Part shown: positions 49,377 through 62,222 of the stretch, one piece after another
How positions within the stretch are numbered: position 1 is the first letter of the stretch
Layout: each line of letters opens with the position of its first letter
NCBI GenBank assembly: GCA_038087875.1
Contig: CM075997.1
Span: 3,598,001 to 3,662,000, forward strand
Origin: Malacoraja senta
Taxonomy: Eukaryota
Length of the DNA stretch: 64,000 bases
Direction: 5' to 3'
Translations under genes and position numbers: made by a program
Notes under the pieces: generated by a model
Told to the model about the DNA's origin: nothing
The model's database searches: none
Seen by the model: only the letters and a program-made list of their open reading frames with translations

Positions 49377-49859
49377 CAGGAGTCGGCAACCTTGTTCTGC
49401 ATAGGGGCTAGGACGCATGTCTGTGAGCGGATGGCGGGCCACATATATCATGTGTACACATGGATCCCACCCCCATCCCGCCCTGGATGGCAGGCATCAA
49501 ATCATGTGTTCACGGAAGGTAGACAAAAATGCTGGAGAAACACAGCGGGTGAGGCAGCCTCACGCAATCCTTGCATGTCTCACCCGCTGAGTTACTCCAG
49601 CATTTTTGTCCACCTTTGATTTTTCCAGCATCTGCAGTTCTTTCTTAAACGTGTTCACAGAAGGCTGCGTGGCCGTGCCGATGGTTTTGCGCAGGAAGTG
49701 GTACAGCCAGAGCTTGGCCGCTGCTGCTCGGGGCGCCCGGCCGCTGCTCGGGGCGTTCGCCAGGCCGGATGATTACGGGGGGAAAAATCCGCCTGCGGGC
49801 CGGATGATTTTGGGTTACGGGCCGCATTCGGCCCGGGGGCCGTAGGTTGCTGACCCCTG
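49377..49859. mobile_element. hAT (Charlie-like) MITE with a nested Penelope-like inverted pair (~49520-49650)
   Basis: TIR caggagtcggcaacct/aggttgctgacccctg; 8-bp flanks gtctattg/gtctacag; nested insert has TSD gtgttcacRgaagg. Confidence 0.8.
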
Positions 49860-51574
49860 GTCTACAGTGGTTACAGCAGAGAGTGGCCCCTTGGACTATT
49901 ATGTCTGATCCCCGGCCAGAGCAACTCACTACTTTCTCCCCCGTTCTTTCTGTGTAACCTTGTAAAGATTTTCTTACCATATATTAATTTCCCTCTTGAA
50001 GGCCACAGTGGAACCTACCTCACCACATCTTACAGCAATGTATTCCTCGTGCCTATTCCAACCGCAGGCTTCAGGAATGTTATTTTCCTTACTTCACTCT
50101 TAGTTCTCTTCTCCTTTAAGCCTGTGACTTATAGTCCTCATCCACCATCGAGTACAGTCTCCCACTATCCACTCTGTCCAGATCCTTCATTGTTTTATAG
50201 ACTTCAGTCAGATTTCTCCTCAATCCTCATAAGGCACTGTTTTTGTTTTCCCCTGGTTTCTATTGTGTCGTGTGTCAGTTGAAAGGTTATACAGTTGTCC
50301 CAGCTATTCTCAATACATTGGGAGGGGTCATGCATACAGATGTGAGTGTTGATGTACTTTTCTTCTACAAGGAAAGTTCCCATCCACTCTTGTACCTGCC
50401 ATGTTAGCTTCACTGTGACCATTATGCTGGCATCCCTGTTGATGCTATTATGATAAACCACAGGGTTGCTTTGAGAAGATTTTTGTTCCTCTTTGGAAAG
50501 ATTCGCAGGAGTTGGTCATCATTCACAAGGTGATTTATACAATTGAACAATGCCGGTTTTCTGTGAGTCCAACTCACTACTGACCACCTCTGATATGTAC
50601 ATTTGACCCAATAAAAATACAAGACGCTGAATAATTACTGAATACTTCCCCCCACACTTGGAGGTGGTACAGCTGGTGGAGCTGCTGCCTTACAGCACCA
50701 TAGACCCAGATTCAATCCTGTCTGTGTGGAGTTTGCACCTTCTCCCTGTGACCACCAGGCTGTCCTCCGGTTGCTCCAGTTTCCTCCCACATCCCGAAGA
50801 TGTGCGGGTTTGTAGATTAATTGGCCTCTGTAAAAGTTGCCCGTAGTTTGTAGGGAATGGATGAGAAAGTGGGATAACTAAGAACTAGTGTGAAAGGATG
50901 GTCGGTGTGGACTCGGCTAGCCATTGAGCCTATTTCTTTGCTGTATCTCCAAACTAAATGTAACTAAATCTTAATCTGGAGGTTTAAATACCAATTTTGA
51001 TCTGGTATTTTGTTGGTTCACATGTTTGATCATTAATGTTTTATTATTATTAATGTTTAGTGTTTTCTGAGTCATTTGTAACTGTCACTGTATGTCATGT
51101 TGTTACTTGTGGGCGGAGCACCAAGGCAAATTCCTTGCATGTGAATACTTGGCCAGTAAACTTACTTACTTACTTTATAATGTCCTATCTCCATTACCTG
51201 GCAGAGAACGTCCATCACAAACTCCCAGGATTAAACCTAAACCTTTGCTTCCTTTCCTGTCCTTTCCCCTCATATTCCTTTGTCTCAACAGTGTTTAAAT
51301 GAATCCATCAAAAGGAAATGATTGAAGTAGTTTCTACTAACTTCACTGGAGGAAACTAAAATAAACCCTGTGTGTAGGAAGGAACTGCAGATGCTGATTA
51401 AAACTGAAGACAGACACAAAAAGCTGTAACTCAGCGGGTCAGGCAGCATCTCTGCAGAAAAGGAATAGGTTCGGGTCGAGACTTCTTCAGACAAATAAAT
51501 CTTTTTCCGTTATAGTGTTTTATCTAGTCTTTATCCTCTTTAACCAGGTATTCCTTTTGTAGGTTCTCTCATTC

Positions 51575-51794
51575 CGGAATGGTACCATTCGGCGCTGCCG
51601 TTTCGGCGCCGCCATTTAGGCACCGTCGTTTCGCCTTTTCGGGGTGTTAGGGTTAGGGTTTCGGGGTGTTAGGATTAGGGTTTCGGGGTGTTAGGGTTAG
51701 GGTTTCGGGGGGTTAGGGTTAGGGTTAGGGTTGTGTTGAGTACAGATATTATAAACGGAGGCGCCGAAACGGCGGTGCCGAAAAGTACCAACCC
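51575..51794. mobile_element. MITE with a 9-bp TSD (Mutator/MULE-like) carrying telomere-like repeats
   Basis: TSD ctctcattc (51566-51574, 51795-51803); ~40-bp imperfect TIRs; internal (TTTCGGGGTGTTAGGGTTAGGG)x4. Confidence 0.78.
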
Positions 51795-52170
51795 CTCTCA
51801 TTCAGTGCATAGTGTATATCAAAGCAGGAATAGAGAAAACTCTGTAGAGCATATTCTGCTCTAACCCCTCTGTTGAAGTAGAACTGGAACTTATGACATG
51901 TTACATAGTCATTAATCTAAGATATTTATTTGTTTTTTTGTGCAGTCATATTTACCCAAATACTGTGAAAAATTTACAGTTTTAAATGTCAAAATTATTT
52001 TTGTTTTGTTGTCAAAGACTTGGCAAATTATTGGGTTTGTTAATTGTCATGGAATGTAAAACAGCTTTTCTCACGTCGTATTGCAACCCAATGTCATATA
52101 TTTTAAGAAATGTATTAAAACAATGTGTAAAATAAATATATTTGATTACAGAGATGCTGCGTGCTTGCTT

Positions 52171-52345
52171 ATAGACACAAAATGCTGGAGTAACTCAGCG
52201 GGACAGGCAGCATCTCTGGAGAGAAGGAATGGGTGACGTTTCGGGTCGAGACCAATCTGAAGAGTCTTGACCCGAAACGTCACCCATTCCTTCTCTCCAG
52301 AGATGCTGCCTGTCCCACTGAGTTACTCCAGCATGTTGTGTCTAC
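52171..52345. mobile_element. Penelope-like terminal repeat, near-perfect inverted pair
   Basis: Arms tagacacaaaatgctgg...cgggtcgagac and gtcttgacccg...tgtgtcta are reverse complements over ~80 bp. Confidence 0.78.
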
Positions 52346-52801
52346 GGTTTAAACCGCTTAAACTGCAGTTCCTGTGTAATTACTTGTCAGGTTTGTTTTA
52401 ACTAACAATGTTGTCAGTGAATTCTGTTTCATCATGGGCAGTTGTCAACTGGAGCTCAGTGGTGGAGCTCTTTGCCTGTGGGTCTGAGAATTGCCTCTGC
52501 AAAACTGAGAAATGGCACATAGTTGGCTTTGTGACCTTTTTCATGCAGTGTTAAACTAAGACCATGTCTGTCCATTTGTGAACATAAAACATTCCACATA
52601 TTTGTCCAAAACTCAGCGAACCAAACTTCAAGGAAATGGAGGTTATTTGACCCTGATGTCGTTATTGTTTGCAGCAGTTTTGTTTATGCAAGTTGTCTGA
52701 CCCATTTTGCACGTTAAATAATGATTACACTGGAAGAGTAAGTCATGCCAGTGAGAGTTTGTGTCAGCACTAACATTTGCTTTCTGTTTCTCAAAATGCA
52801 G

Positions 52802-52903
52802 GAAGAAAAACAGCGGATAAGTGATCTATCGCAGCAGAAATCTTCTACCCTCTCCCTCGGATCCTTGACGAGCAAACTATGGAATCGGTCCAAGCCACAG
52901 TAA
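52802..52903 (+). CDS. TIMM50: TIMM50 last coding exon: EEKQRISDLSQQKSSTLSLGSLTSKLWNRSKPQ*
   Basis: tgcAG acceptor at 52800-52801; LGSLTS.LW.RSK C-terminus; TAA at 52901-52903. Confidence 0.92.
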   Translation, partial: EEKQRISDLSQQKSSTLSLGSLTSKLWNRSKPQ

Positions 52904-53534
52904 CATCAGCCGAATAAATATCCAGGCCTACTCTCTTGCTGTGTTACGGAGTTACCCAGAGAAGCCTGGCACACAGCTCCAAGATGGAGTGAGCAATGGC
53001 CTCTTCACCCTGGGTTGTGCTAGAGTGAAAGCTACCATCAGATGAGGTCCGGTTAATTTCATACTACCCAATGCCTTTAGTTGGCAAGGTTAGATGTGAA
53101 AGATAGCACAGAGATGGAACACTGATAATTATCTCCCATTACATGCCTTGATATTGGCTACCATTTTGGATGTACCAACACAATCTGAATACAACAGAAA
53201 AGTCAGATTGAATCTCCTATAATTACTTTGTTTTGCATTTTAATTAAGTGAAGGATTAGTCTTTTTCTTTCCCAGTTTCATATTTTTTACATGCCAACTG
53301 TTAAATCGTGGTAAAGTTACTCTGGGATTGTGAAGAGGGAAATCCAATTGTCTTATCATTGTGACTGTATTCTACCAAGTATTAAACCTACACACAGGTT
53401 TTTAGTCAGTGCCTACAAGATGGCATTCACCAAAATTTAGCTTTTTGATTTTTGTACAATCAATACAGGTTGATGTGTCCCGAGATTCTGTGAATGATGT
53501 GCATATGAAACAGGGTGTGTTCAGTGAAATGTTT

Positions 53535-53540
53535 AATAAA
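53535..53540 (+). promoter_or_regulatory. Candidate polyadenylation signal of TIMM50
   Basis: AATAAA ~630 nt after the stop, in repeat-free 3' sequence; a second AATAAA lies at 52913-52918. Confidence 0.55.
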
Positions 53541-54808
53541 ATTATGACGGCAAAAATGGGAATTTAAATTCCACATAAATTTGATTGTAGTTAAAACAAT
53601 GGCGTGTGTATGGAACCTGTCCCATATTCATGTGGCTTCGGACAGCTCTAATTTTGCTGCGATGAACAATTTTATTGCACACACTGCCTATGTTTGTACT
53701 GAATAATATTTAGCATATGCTAAGCAGGGCAAGTGAAATTTGCTTGAAGAACTTTCTACGTTTTTATCGTCTATACCTTTAAAGGAATGTTCCAAATTTC
53801 ATGGATCCCTTCTAAACTGGTTTGATTTGCCATGTAATTCCTTTCTTTCCGCTGTTCAGGAATCAGAATATCGCATACCTATGATCGTCAGTGAGGAAAG
53901 CAAGAACATGGCTACTTAAATGCCTGAAGGGATTGTTAATAGTCAAAGAGTGATAACAGCTCGGGAAAAAGGCCATTCAGCCCTTCCAGTCCACCTAACC
54001 ATCAAGCCTACATTTATTGATACGTACATTGGATAAAAAGTGATTGATTGAAGAAACAAGCAAAAAAAAGTACAGAGAAGGAAGCAACATTTGCCTTGCT
54101 ATTTAAGTGTTTTGAATATTTCCTATGAGACAGTTCAGAACTGAAAAGGGTGGTAGTGGGTTAAAAATTAGACCCATCAAGTTTAGGAATAATATCTGGA
54201 ACTTAAAACAGTTGGAGTGAATTGAGGCTGTATCAAATGATACCAGTCAAAAAGCAGCTAAATGGGTTGAGATATAAACCTGCTTCAATCTGAGAGACCA
54301 CTGATCTTTACAATTTGAATTTGCTGTGTTTGATTTCAAACTGAAGCTTGTAGCAAAAGTGACAGGCAAATGCTTCCTTTCAGCTTTGGCCTGCGATTTC
54401 AGCATTGCAGAAGCTAGTCTTCAGCCAATTCAGTTCACTCCATGTGATCAGTAAAAGAGGTTTACTTAGAGCATTGAATACTTCAAAAGTTGCGGAACCA
54501 GACAACATACTGCGACATTGCCAAAGATGTGAACTTTTTAAGCTGCATCCCTATCCAAATATTCAGTGCAGTCTCACTATTGGTATCAACCTGCAAATTT
54601 GGCGTGTTTCCAAGAAGCAGGACAAATCCAATCCAGTGAATTATCACCCAATTCTTCTCTTGTGATAAAAGGTTTCGATGATTTGATGTGCCATCGGGTA
54701 AGACGGGAGTCCCTGTCATCAAGGCAACAGTTGACAAAGTGTATCATTCATGGGGAAACTAAATTAGTTGTTGGAGTCTTGTCTGGCAGAATGGAGATGG
54801 TTGTGGTT

Positions 54809-54943
54809 CTTCTTGCATACGGCGTGCACAGCCTAAAGTTGTAGGACAACTTGTTCTATTTGATCTTATTTGATTGTGCACGCCGGGTTGGTTGCATTCG
54901 TCAAAACAGGGCGGACCACGTGAAGGTTGCAATCTCCCACCCC
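54809..54943 (-). mobile_element. Short retroposon with HDV-like ribozyme head, copy 3
   Basis: TSD atggttgtggtt (54797-54808, 54945-54956); ribozyme at 54890-54943 with J4/2 CGAA and one P2 mismatch. Confidence 0.87.
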
Positions 54944-55871
54944 AATGGTTGTGGTTGTTGAAACTCAATTGCCCCATCCCCAGGGCACAACTGCAATAGC
55001 CCTAGGAACAACCAAACTTCAACTTCATCATCAAATTCCTTTAAAAGATCAGTAGGAAATGTTCCCAATGAACAAGAATGCACAATATTCCATTCCATTC
55101 ACAACTGCACAGCCAATGAACTTTCCTTATTACAGCACAGGAGGAGGATATTCGGTACATTGGATCCATGGTGAAAAATCTCACTAATTCTCATTTCAGA
55201 AAAAGCTGGAAAAACTCAGCAGGGCAAGCAGGATCTGTGGATAAAAACAGTTCATGTTTTACCTCTAAGAACCTTTGTCAGAACTGGGAAAGAGCATTTT
55301 CTGTTTTATTCCAAATTTCCATAATCTGTAGCTTTTTTGTAGTTTTGCCTCTTATTTCTTTGAAGCCATGCACTAATTCTCTCTCACCTACCCATCAACC
55401 ATTCTTTGTTTCCTATGCCACTTGACTATGCTAAGGAGTACTTTCCAATGGTCAATTAACCTTCTGCCTTGTCTTTGGGATGTGTGAGGAAACCAGAGTG
55501 CCCATCAGAAATGCATGTGGTCACGGGGAGAACATGCAAACTCCACACAGATGGCATCAGAGATCATAATTGGACATTGATTCTTACAATAGTGAGATGG
55601 CAATGCTAATGCTGCAGTCCGTTTGTGTATGCGGTTTGACTAAGGAACATTTGTACCACAAAAGTGCCAGGCAATGACCATCTCAATAAAAGAACGTCTG
55701 ATCATCTAACCTTGACATTACTGTTGCCAAATTTTTCTCCTGCTCCCTCCTACTAACATGGGGAATCGAAAAAACAGAGACAATACTAACCATGCCTACA
55801 AGAGTGGGTCATAGATTGGGTATCATGTGGCTCTACAAGGTGTAGGTTGGGAGCATGAAATCGAATTGTCA

Positions 55872-56175
55872 AGGGCCTGTCCCACTACGAGGTAATTCAA
55901 GAGTTCTCCCGAGTTTCCCCTGATTCGAACTCGGAAATTACGGTAATAGCCGCTCGTAGGTACTCGGGGCTCTCGTGGACATTTTTTAACATGTTGGAAA
56001 ATCTTCACGAGCTTACAGCATTTCCCGAGCACCTGCCGTTAGCGTTACGAGCCGCTAAGAGACATCCCGAGCTCCGATGTAGCCGCTACGTACATTCTAC
56101 GTACTTACCACGAGTTTGATTTTTTCTTTAACTCGGGAGAGCTCTTGAATTACCCCGTATAGTGGGACAGGCCCT
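55872..56175. mobile_element. PIF/Harbinger-type MITE (subfamily A)
   Basis: TIR agggcctgtcccacta; TCA TSD on both sides. Confidence 0.88.
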
Positions 56176-57248
56176 TCATGGCTCTGTAACTATCTATATG
56201 TATACCCACTGAGCCTCATTATTTTATTTTATTAATTCTTTGCCGGTTACATTTATGCTTAATTATCAAAATAGGTGATTTGCGATGAATGGCCTATATC
56301 TGCACTGTATTTAATGTGGCCAGTCATCTTCATATTTTGACCTACATCAAAGGATCTAAGATTTTTTGCCTTAACAATCTGTTCCTCAGAGTCTTGGGGT
56401 AGTTAACATCTTTGGTCCTGTTTACAGGAACCACAACCTTGGCCAAGCTGTTTCAGAACAGTCACAACATTGGCATAGAAGCATAGAAAATAGGTGCAGG
56501 AGTAGGCCATTCGGCCCTTTGAGCCAGTGCCGCCATTCAATATGATCACGGCTGATCATCCAAAATTAGTACCCTGTTCTGGCTTTCCCCCCCATATCCC
56601 TTGATTCCCTTAGCCCTAAGAGCTAAATCTAACTAACTCTCTCTTGTGGAACAATGTTCAGTTCTATCTGTCCAGATAATTACTGTTCAATCATTCGACT
56701 TCCAATTGTGCGTAAATGGAACTAGTGCAGAGGGATGTAATGGTCGCTATGGACAGGTAGGTTGTTCGTGTGCTGTACAACTCCATGATACAAAGTAATG
56801 GGAGATTTTGATGGTGGAGGGTTGAAGCAACACTTGCTGTCCAATAACTTGTTCACCAGTTCTCCAACTCGCATCAAGGGGACCTTGTAAAACTAAAGGC
56901 AATGGTCATGAATGGGAAAAGAGCATTATAGCAGTAGGACACAAATGCACTAATGTGTGCACTGCTGCCTCATGGCTCCAGGGACTAGATTTTCCCTGAC
57001 GGACAATGTCTATGGAGTTTCTACACTCTTAATGATATTGTATTTCTACGGATGCTCTGATGGTTAATGGGTTGCGGAAAATTGTCCCATGATGTAGGTT
57101 AATGGGTAAAGAATGCAAGAAAAAATGGTGGGCATGTGTGAGAGAGAATAAGTTGTAGCTTTACAGGGAAACAAGGGGAATGGGGCTAATTGGTTTGCTC
57201 TGCTGGTTTGAATTGATTGCATGCCATTCTTTAAAAAAAAAATATATA

Positions 57249-57880
57249 TTTTTTTTTATTAGAAGTATTTTACATTACAGTAATCTGCAATAACGTAAGT
57301 TTATACAGTTCTTATACCACTTCTTATTTTAAACTTTAATAGGAAAAAAGGATAGAAAGAGTTAGTAAAGATAGTCAGTGAGTGAATGAAAGAGTGGTCC
57401 AGGAACACCCATATGAACCTAAACCACAAGAAATAGTTTAAAAAGAAAAGAAAAAAACCAAAAGGCGGAAAAAGAAAAAAGAAAAAAGAAAGTAAGATTG
57501 GACATTATGAGAGGGATGTGCCTACTTCTTATCTTTACTCACCCCTCGCCAGGTCCTAAAACCATTTATTATCAACATTTTGTTGCACCCTATGTTTGTA
57601 ATGAGTCGATATATGGAGACCAAATCTTTTGGAATTGGTCTTGTTTACCTGCTAGGAGGAATCTCATATCTTCTAGGTGTAACAATTCCGACATATTAGA
57701 AGTCCACATTTTTATTGTTGGCGTAGGAGCATTTTTCCAAAATTTCAGTATCAGTTTTTTTGCCGTTATTAAGCCATAATTAAGAAAACTCCTTTGAAAC
57801 GAAGTCAGCTCCAAACTTGCTTCTATTGTTCCAAAAATAATCAATTCTGCATTCGGTTTCAGATTGCATGCCATTCTGAC
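57249..57880 (-). mobile_element. L1/Tx1-like LINE 3' end
   Basis: ORF2 C-terminal-like ...AKKLILKFWK..PTPTIKMW...FQKIWSPY; AATAAAAA(A)n tail on the minus strand. Confidence 0.75.
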
Positions 57881-57984
57881 TTGAAAACATATCTCAATAC
57901 CATCATCCTCGTGGATTTAAGTCCTGGACCTCACCACCCAATAGAGTTTGACTGCTATAGTAAAAAAAGGTGGGCATCATAAGA

Positions 57985-59170
57985 TTGGAAAATGGCCAAT
58001 GTGACTCACTTGTTCAAAATCGGTGAAAGTCAGAAGGCATACAACTATCGATCAGTTTGTTTAACTGCTAATATTCGCAAGATGTAGTGCTAATAATCAA
58101 AAAGGAAATAGCTAATCATGTAGGACAGCTGAATAACTAAACCTGGTCAATGTGGTTTTATGAAAGGTATATCATGTTTGACAATGGTGATTGATTTTGA
58201 GATTTTGATTTCCAAAAGACATTTGGCAAGGTGCTGAAGCTGGTGCATAAATTAAAGGTCGACAGTATGATGAGATGTTAGAATGGATTGGAAAGTGGTT
58301 GACACATAGAAAACTGTTAGAAAAGAAAAGGGTCCTTTTCAGCCTGGGATACTGCAGGGATTGGTTCTTCACTACATTAATGACATAGAGGAAGGAGCAG
58401 TGTGTAGATTTACAAATTTGCCAATAATATTAAAAAAAGAAAGAAGGTAGACAAAAATGCTCAGCAGGTGAGGCAGCACCTATGGAGCGAAGGAATAGGT
58501 GACATTTTGGGTCAAGACCCTTCTTCAGACTCCGTCTGTACTACAATCCGTACTCTGTCTGAAGAAGGGTCTCGACCCGATACGACACCTATTCCTTCGC
58601 TCCATAGATGCTGCCTCACCCGCTGAGTTTCCCCAGCATTTTTGTCTACCTTCGATTTTTCCAGCATCTGCAGTTCCTTCTGAAAAAAGAAAGAAAGAAG
58701 AGTATGTTGTGATAAAGATATTTTATTTTGCAACAGGCTATAGATAAATTGAATGGCCAAAAACAGGCAAAAGGAAATCAATGTAGGGAAGATAGACACA
58801 AAATGCTGGAGTAGCTCAGCGGGACAGGCTGCATCCCTGGAGAGAAGGAATGGGTGACGTTTCAGGTCGAGATCCTTCTTCAGACTTCTTTCCTACACAA
58901 TGTAAGGAAGGGTGAGGTAAGAGAAATCAAAAAGGCTGATTATTAACTAAATGAAGAGACTACAAGTGAGTGTAGTACAGATGGAATTAGGTGTTCTCAT
59001 GCATGATTCACTAAAAGCTAGCAGGAAAGTCCAACAAGTAGTTCAGAAAGCAAACAACAGTTGTGCCTTCATTGCATAGTAGTTAAATTTAAAAAATAGG
59101 AAGTTTTGTTACAATTCTGTTTTGGTGTAGTCTCCGAATAGTGCATAGAGTTTTGGTCCCCTTACCCACA
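57985..59170 (+). mobile_element. Old CR1 fragment with nested Penelope-like pieces (58445-58890)
   Basis: Decayed motifs WKMANVT.LF, GFMKG.SCLT, DFQK.FGKV and KFA. Confidence 0.65.
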
Positions 59171-59758
59171 AAAAAGGTAGAGTAACAAGGGAACACAGCT
59201 ACAAAATAAGTGTGGTTATCCAGAACTGAGGTACACAGACATTTCTCTCTGCAGAGGGAGCATCAAGTTCCTTGGTGTAAGTATTACCCACACTGTGAAC
59301 CAACCACGTTGAAGCGACATTCAGGAAAGCACACCAGTGTGTACTTTCTTAGGAGATGGAGGAAATTTGGCATGTCTCCCAACAACTTTTACAAACTGCT
59401 ACAGATGCACCATGGAAAGCACGCTGTCGGGTTGCATCACAGCTTGGTTTGGGAACAGCTCTACCCAAGACGGCAAGAAATTGCAGAGTTGTCCATGCCA
59501 GACCACCATTGACTCCACCTACACTTCACGCTGAGAATGCAGCCAACATAATCAAGGACTTTTCCCACCCTAGTCAATCCTTCAAGTCTAGAAGGTTGAA
59601 AGTCCATACCATCAGAATCCGGAGCAGTTTCTTCCACTCTGTTATCAGACTTCAGAAAGATCCTTCCATAAGATAAGGTACAATCCCGATTCTCCAACCT
59701 ACCTCACTGCAGATCTTTTCTCTGAAACTGTTATAGTCTTGAGGACAATAGTCTTGGG

Positions 59759-60130
59759 CAAGGGTGGGGAACCTGTGGCCTTAAGGCCGCATGTGGCCTT
59801 CTAAGCCATTAAGTGCGGCCTTTTGAATGAATCCAAATTTTGTAGAACAAATCTTTTTATTATTATTAATATGTTTTTGTTCATCTTTTATTATTTTTAT
59901 ATTAATCTTGAAATGAACGTATTTAAAATACCAAAGAGTAAAAGAAGATTCAACTAAATAATCCTCCCCGCCTGACGGCCACAATTAAAACATTAGTAAG
60001 TCATGAGGGCTATTTTAACAAAATAATGTACATTTTGAAGTATATCTAATTGAAGTTTCTTGGATGCGGCCTTATTAGATCACAGCTAACTTAATGCGGC
60101 CTTCCACCATGAAAAGGTTCCCCACCCCTG
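59759..60130. mobile_element. hAT-type MITE inserted in a Rex-like 3' fragment (~59230-60275)
   Basis: TIR caagggtggggaacct/aggttccccacccctg; perfect 8-bp TSD gtcttggg. Confidence 0.9.
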
Positions 60131-60998
60131 GTCTTGGGTATCTTTCTATTTGCTCTACATTTTTTATTTGTGTTTAGCTTGATTGTATTCATGTATAGTA
60201 TTATCTGATTTGATTTGATAGCATGCAAGCAAAAGCTTTTCACTGTACCTTGGAACACATGACAATAATATACAAACCTGCATCACTATCCTCAGAAATG
60301 CTCAGTATACACTCTATCAATCAGGAATTGTGACCAACATGTGTCCACCCACCAATGGCACAACTGCAAGGCTCATGGTGACAAATCCCAGTTTGCAAAC
60401 ACCACTATCTAGTCTGAAGAAGGGCCTCGACCAGAAACGTCAAAACGTCACTCATTCCTTCTCTCTAGAGATGCTGCCTCTCCCGCTGAGTTACTCCAGC
60501 ATTTTGTGTCTACCTTCGAAGAAATAGTGTTGACCATTACTGGAATGTGGCCAGTACAGAACATAAATAGTTGGACAATTTATTGCCATTAAGTTCTAGA
60601 TTAATATTCTGTGGCCGGCCAGTTGGTCATCCAAGAATGAGGCAATAGAATTCATTCAAAACTTGTGTATTGTCGTCTCAGATATGATACTTTGGATCAG
60701 GCTTCTATTTCCAATATTCTTGTAATTCCACTTTAGAGACAAGAGCAAACATCCAATATACACAGTTGTTAAAGTGCCACATTGTCAATGCCATTGAAAT
60801 GTCCTCCAGCTCTCAAGAGAGAGCTAGATAGGGCTCTTAAAGATAGCGGAGTCAGGAGATATGGGGAAAAGGCAGGAACGGGGTACTGATTGGGGATGAT
60901 CACATTGAATGGCGGTGCTGGCTCGAAGGGCAGAATGGCCTCCTGCACGTATTGTCTATCGTCTATCTACTCACTGATAGATATCAGTGAGTAGATAG

Positions 60999-61045
60999 CC
61001 GTCTGCACCCCAGCGGTATGAACATTGACTTCTCTAATTTCAGGT
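60999..61045 (+). mobile_element. Penelope-like element, end of the GIY-YIG ORF (resumes at ~62228-62310)
   Basis: Translates ..RLHPSGMNIDFSNFR, resembling the PxG(L/M)N end of PLE endonucleases; a pyrimidine-rich 3' region follows the L2 inserts. Confidence 0.6.
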
Positions 61046-61101
61046 CAAGTCAAGTCACATTTATTTATATAGCACATTTTAAAAAACAAAGTGCTTTACA
61101 A

Positions 61102-61655
61102 AGTCGCAACATCAACCGACTCCAACTGGTCCAGAATGCAGCCGCCCGACTCATCACCCACACCAAATCCTGGCACCACATCACCCCAGTTCTCAAAGAA
61201 CTCCACTGGCTTCCCATTTCCCACTGGATCATCTACAAAATCCTGGTCCTCACCTACAAAGCCCTCAACCACTTGGCCCCCCCCCTTATCTCACTGACCT
61301 CCTCTCCTCCTACCAACCCTCACGGTCCCTCAGATCCACATCAGCTGGTCTCCTCTCCACTCCGAAATCAAACCTCTGCACTTTTGGAGGCAGAGCCTTC
61401 TCCAGGGCAGCTCCCAGGCTCTGGAATTCCCTCCCACAACTGATCCGAAATTCTGAATCCCTCACCATCTTCCAGTCCCGCCTCAAGACCCATCTCTTCA
61501 CCTCTGCATACCCTTAGTCCCATGTTCCCCTCCCCTTTGCATCTCTGTCTTACTGCTCTATTTTGTTTTGTTTATTCTTGACTCTCAATGTAAAGCGACT
61601 TTGAGTCCTGAAAAGCGCTATATAAATAAAATGCATTATTATTATTATTATTATT
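61102..61655 (+). mobile_element. L2-clade LINE 3' end
   Basis: LQLVQNAAARL...HITPVLKELHWLP...YKILVLTYKAL; AATAAA plus (TTA)n tail. Confidence 0.92.
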
Positions 61656-62222
61656 TGTTATAAGAATAGCATAAACAAAACAAACTACATACATATATAC
61701 ATGTAGCCCTCACTCAGAGGACGTCGGGAAAGGCTTGGGAGTATAGATAAGTTTTTAGTCTTGACTTAAAAGAGTCGATGGAGGGGGAAGTTCTGATGGG
61801 AAAGGGGATGCTATTCCACAGACTAGGGGCTGCGGTCGCCCCTGAGCTTATGCCTAGACCGTGGGATATTCAGCAACCCCAAGTCGGCCGATCTGAGGGG
61901 CCTGGAGGTGGAGTGGTGGGTGAGAAGACTTTTTATGTAGGTGAGGGCAAGCCCATTGAGGGCTTGGTAGACATGGAGGAGGATCTTGAAGTTTATACGG
62001 AACCGCACAGGGAGCCAGTGGAAAGAGGCCAGGATCGGGGTGATGTGGTCCCTTTTTCGGGTGCCCGTCAGGAGTCTCGCTGCGGCGTTTTGGACCAGTT
62101 GCAGGCGGGACAGGGAAGATTGGCTGATGCCAGTGTAAAGGGAGTTGCAGTCATCTAGGCGGGAGGAGATGAATGTGTGGATGATCTTTTCGAGGTCATC
62201 AAACTGGAGGAATTATTTTATT
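61656..62222 (-). mobile_element. Second L2 3' end (its tail is at 61046-61101)
   Basis: RFRINFKILLHVYQALNGLA..Y...RPLRSAD; tail ATAAATAAATGTGACTTGACTTG displaced by the + strand L2. Confidence 0.85.

Noticed and set aside
51637..51732. True telomere or chromosome-fusion relic; CRISPR-like array
   Set aside because: Short, single orientation, enclosed by TIRs and a TSD, with no unique spacers
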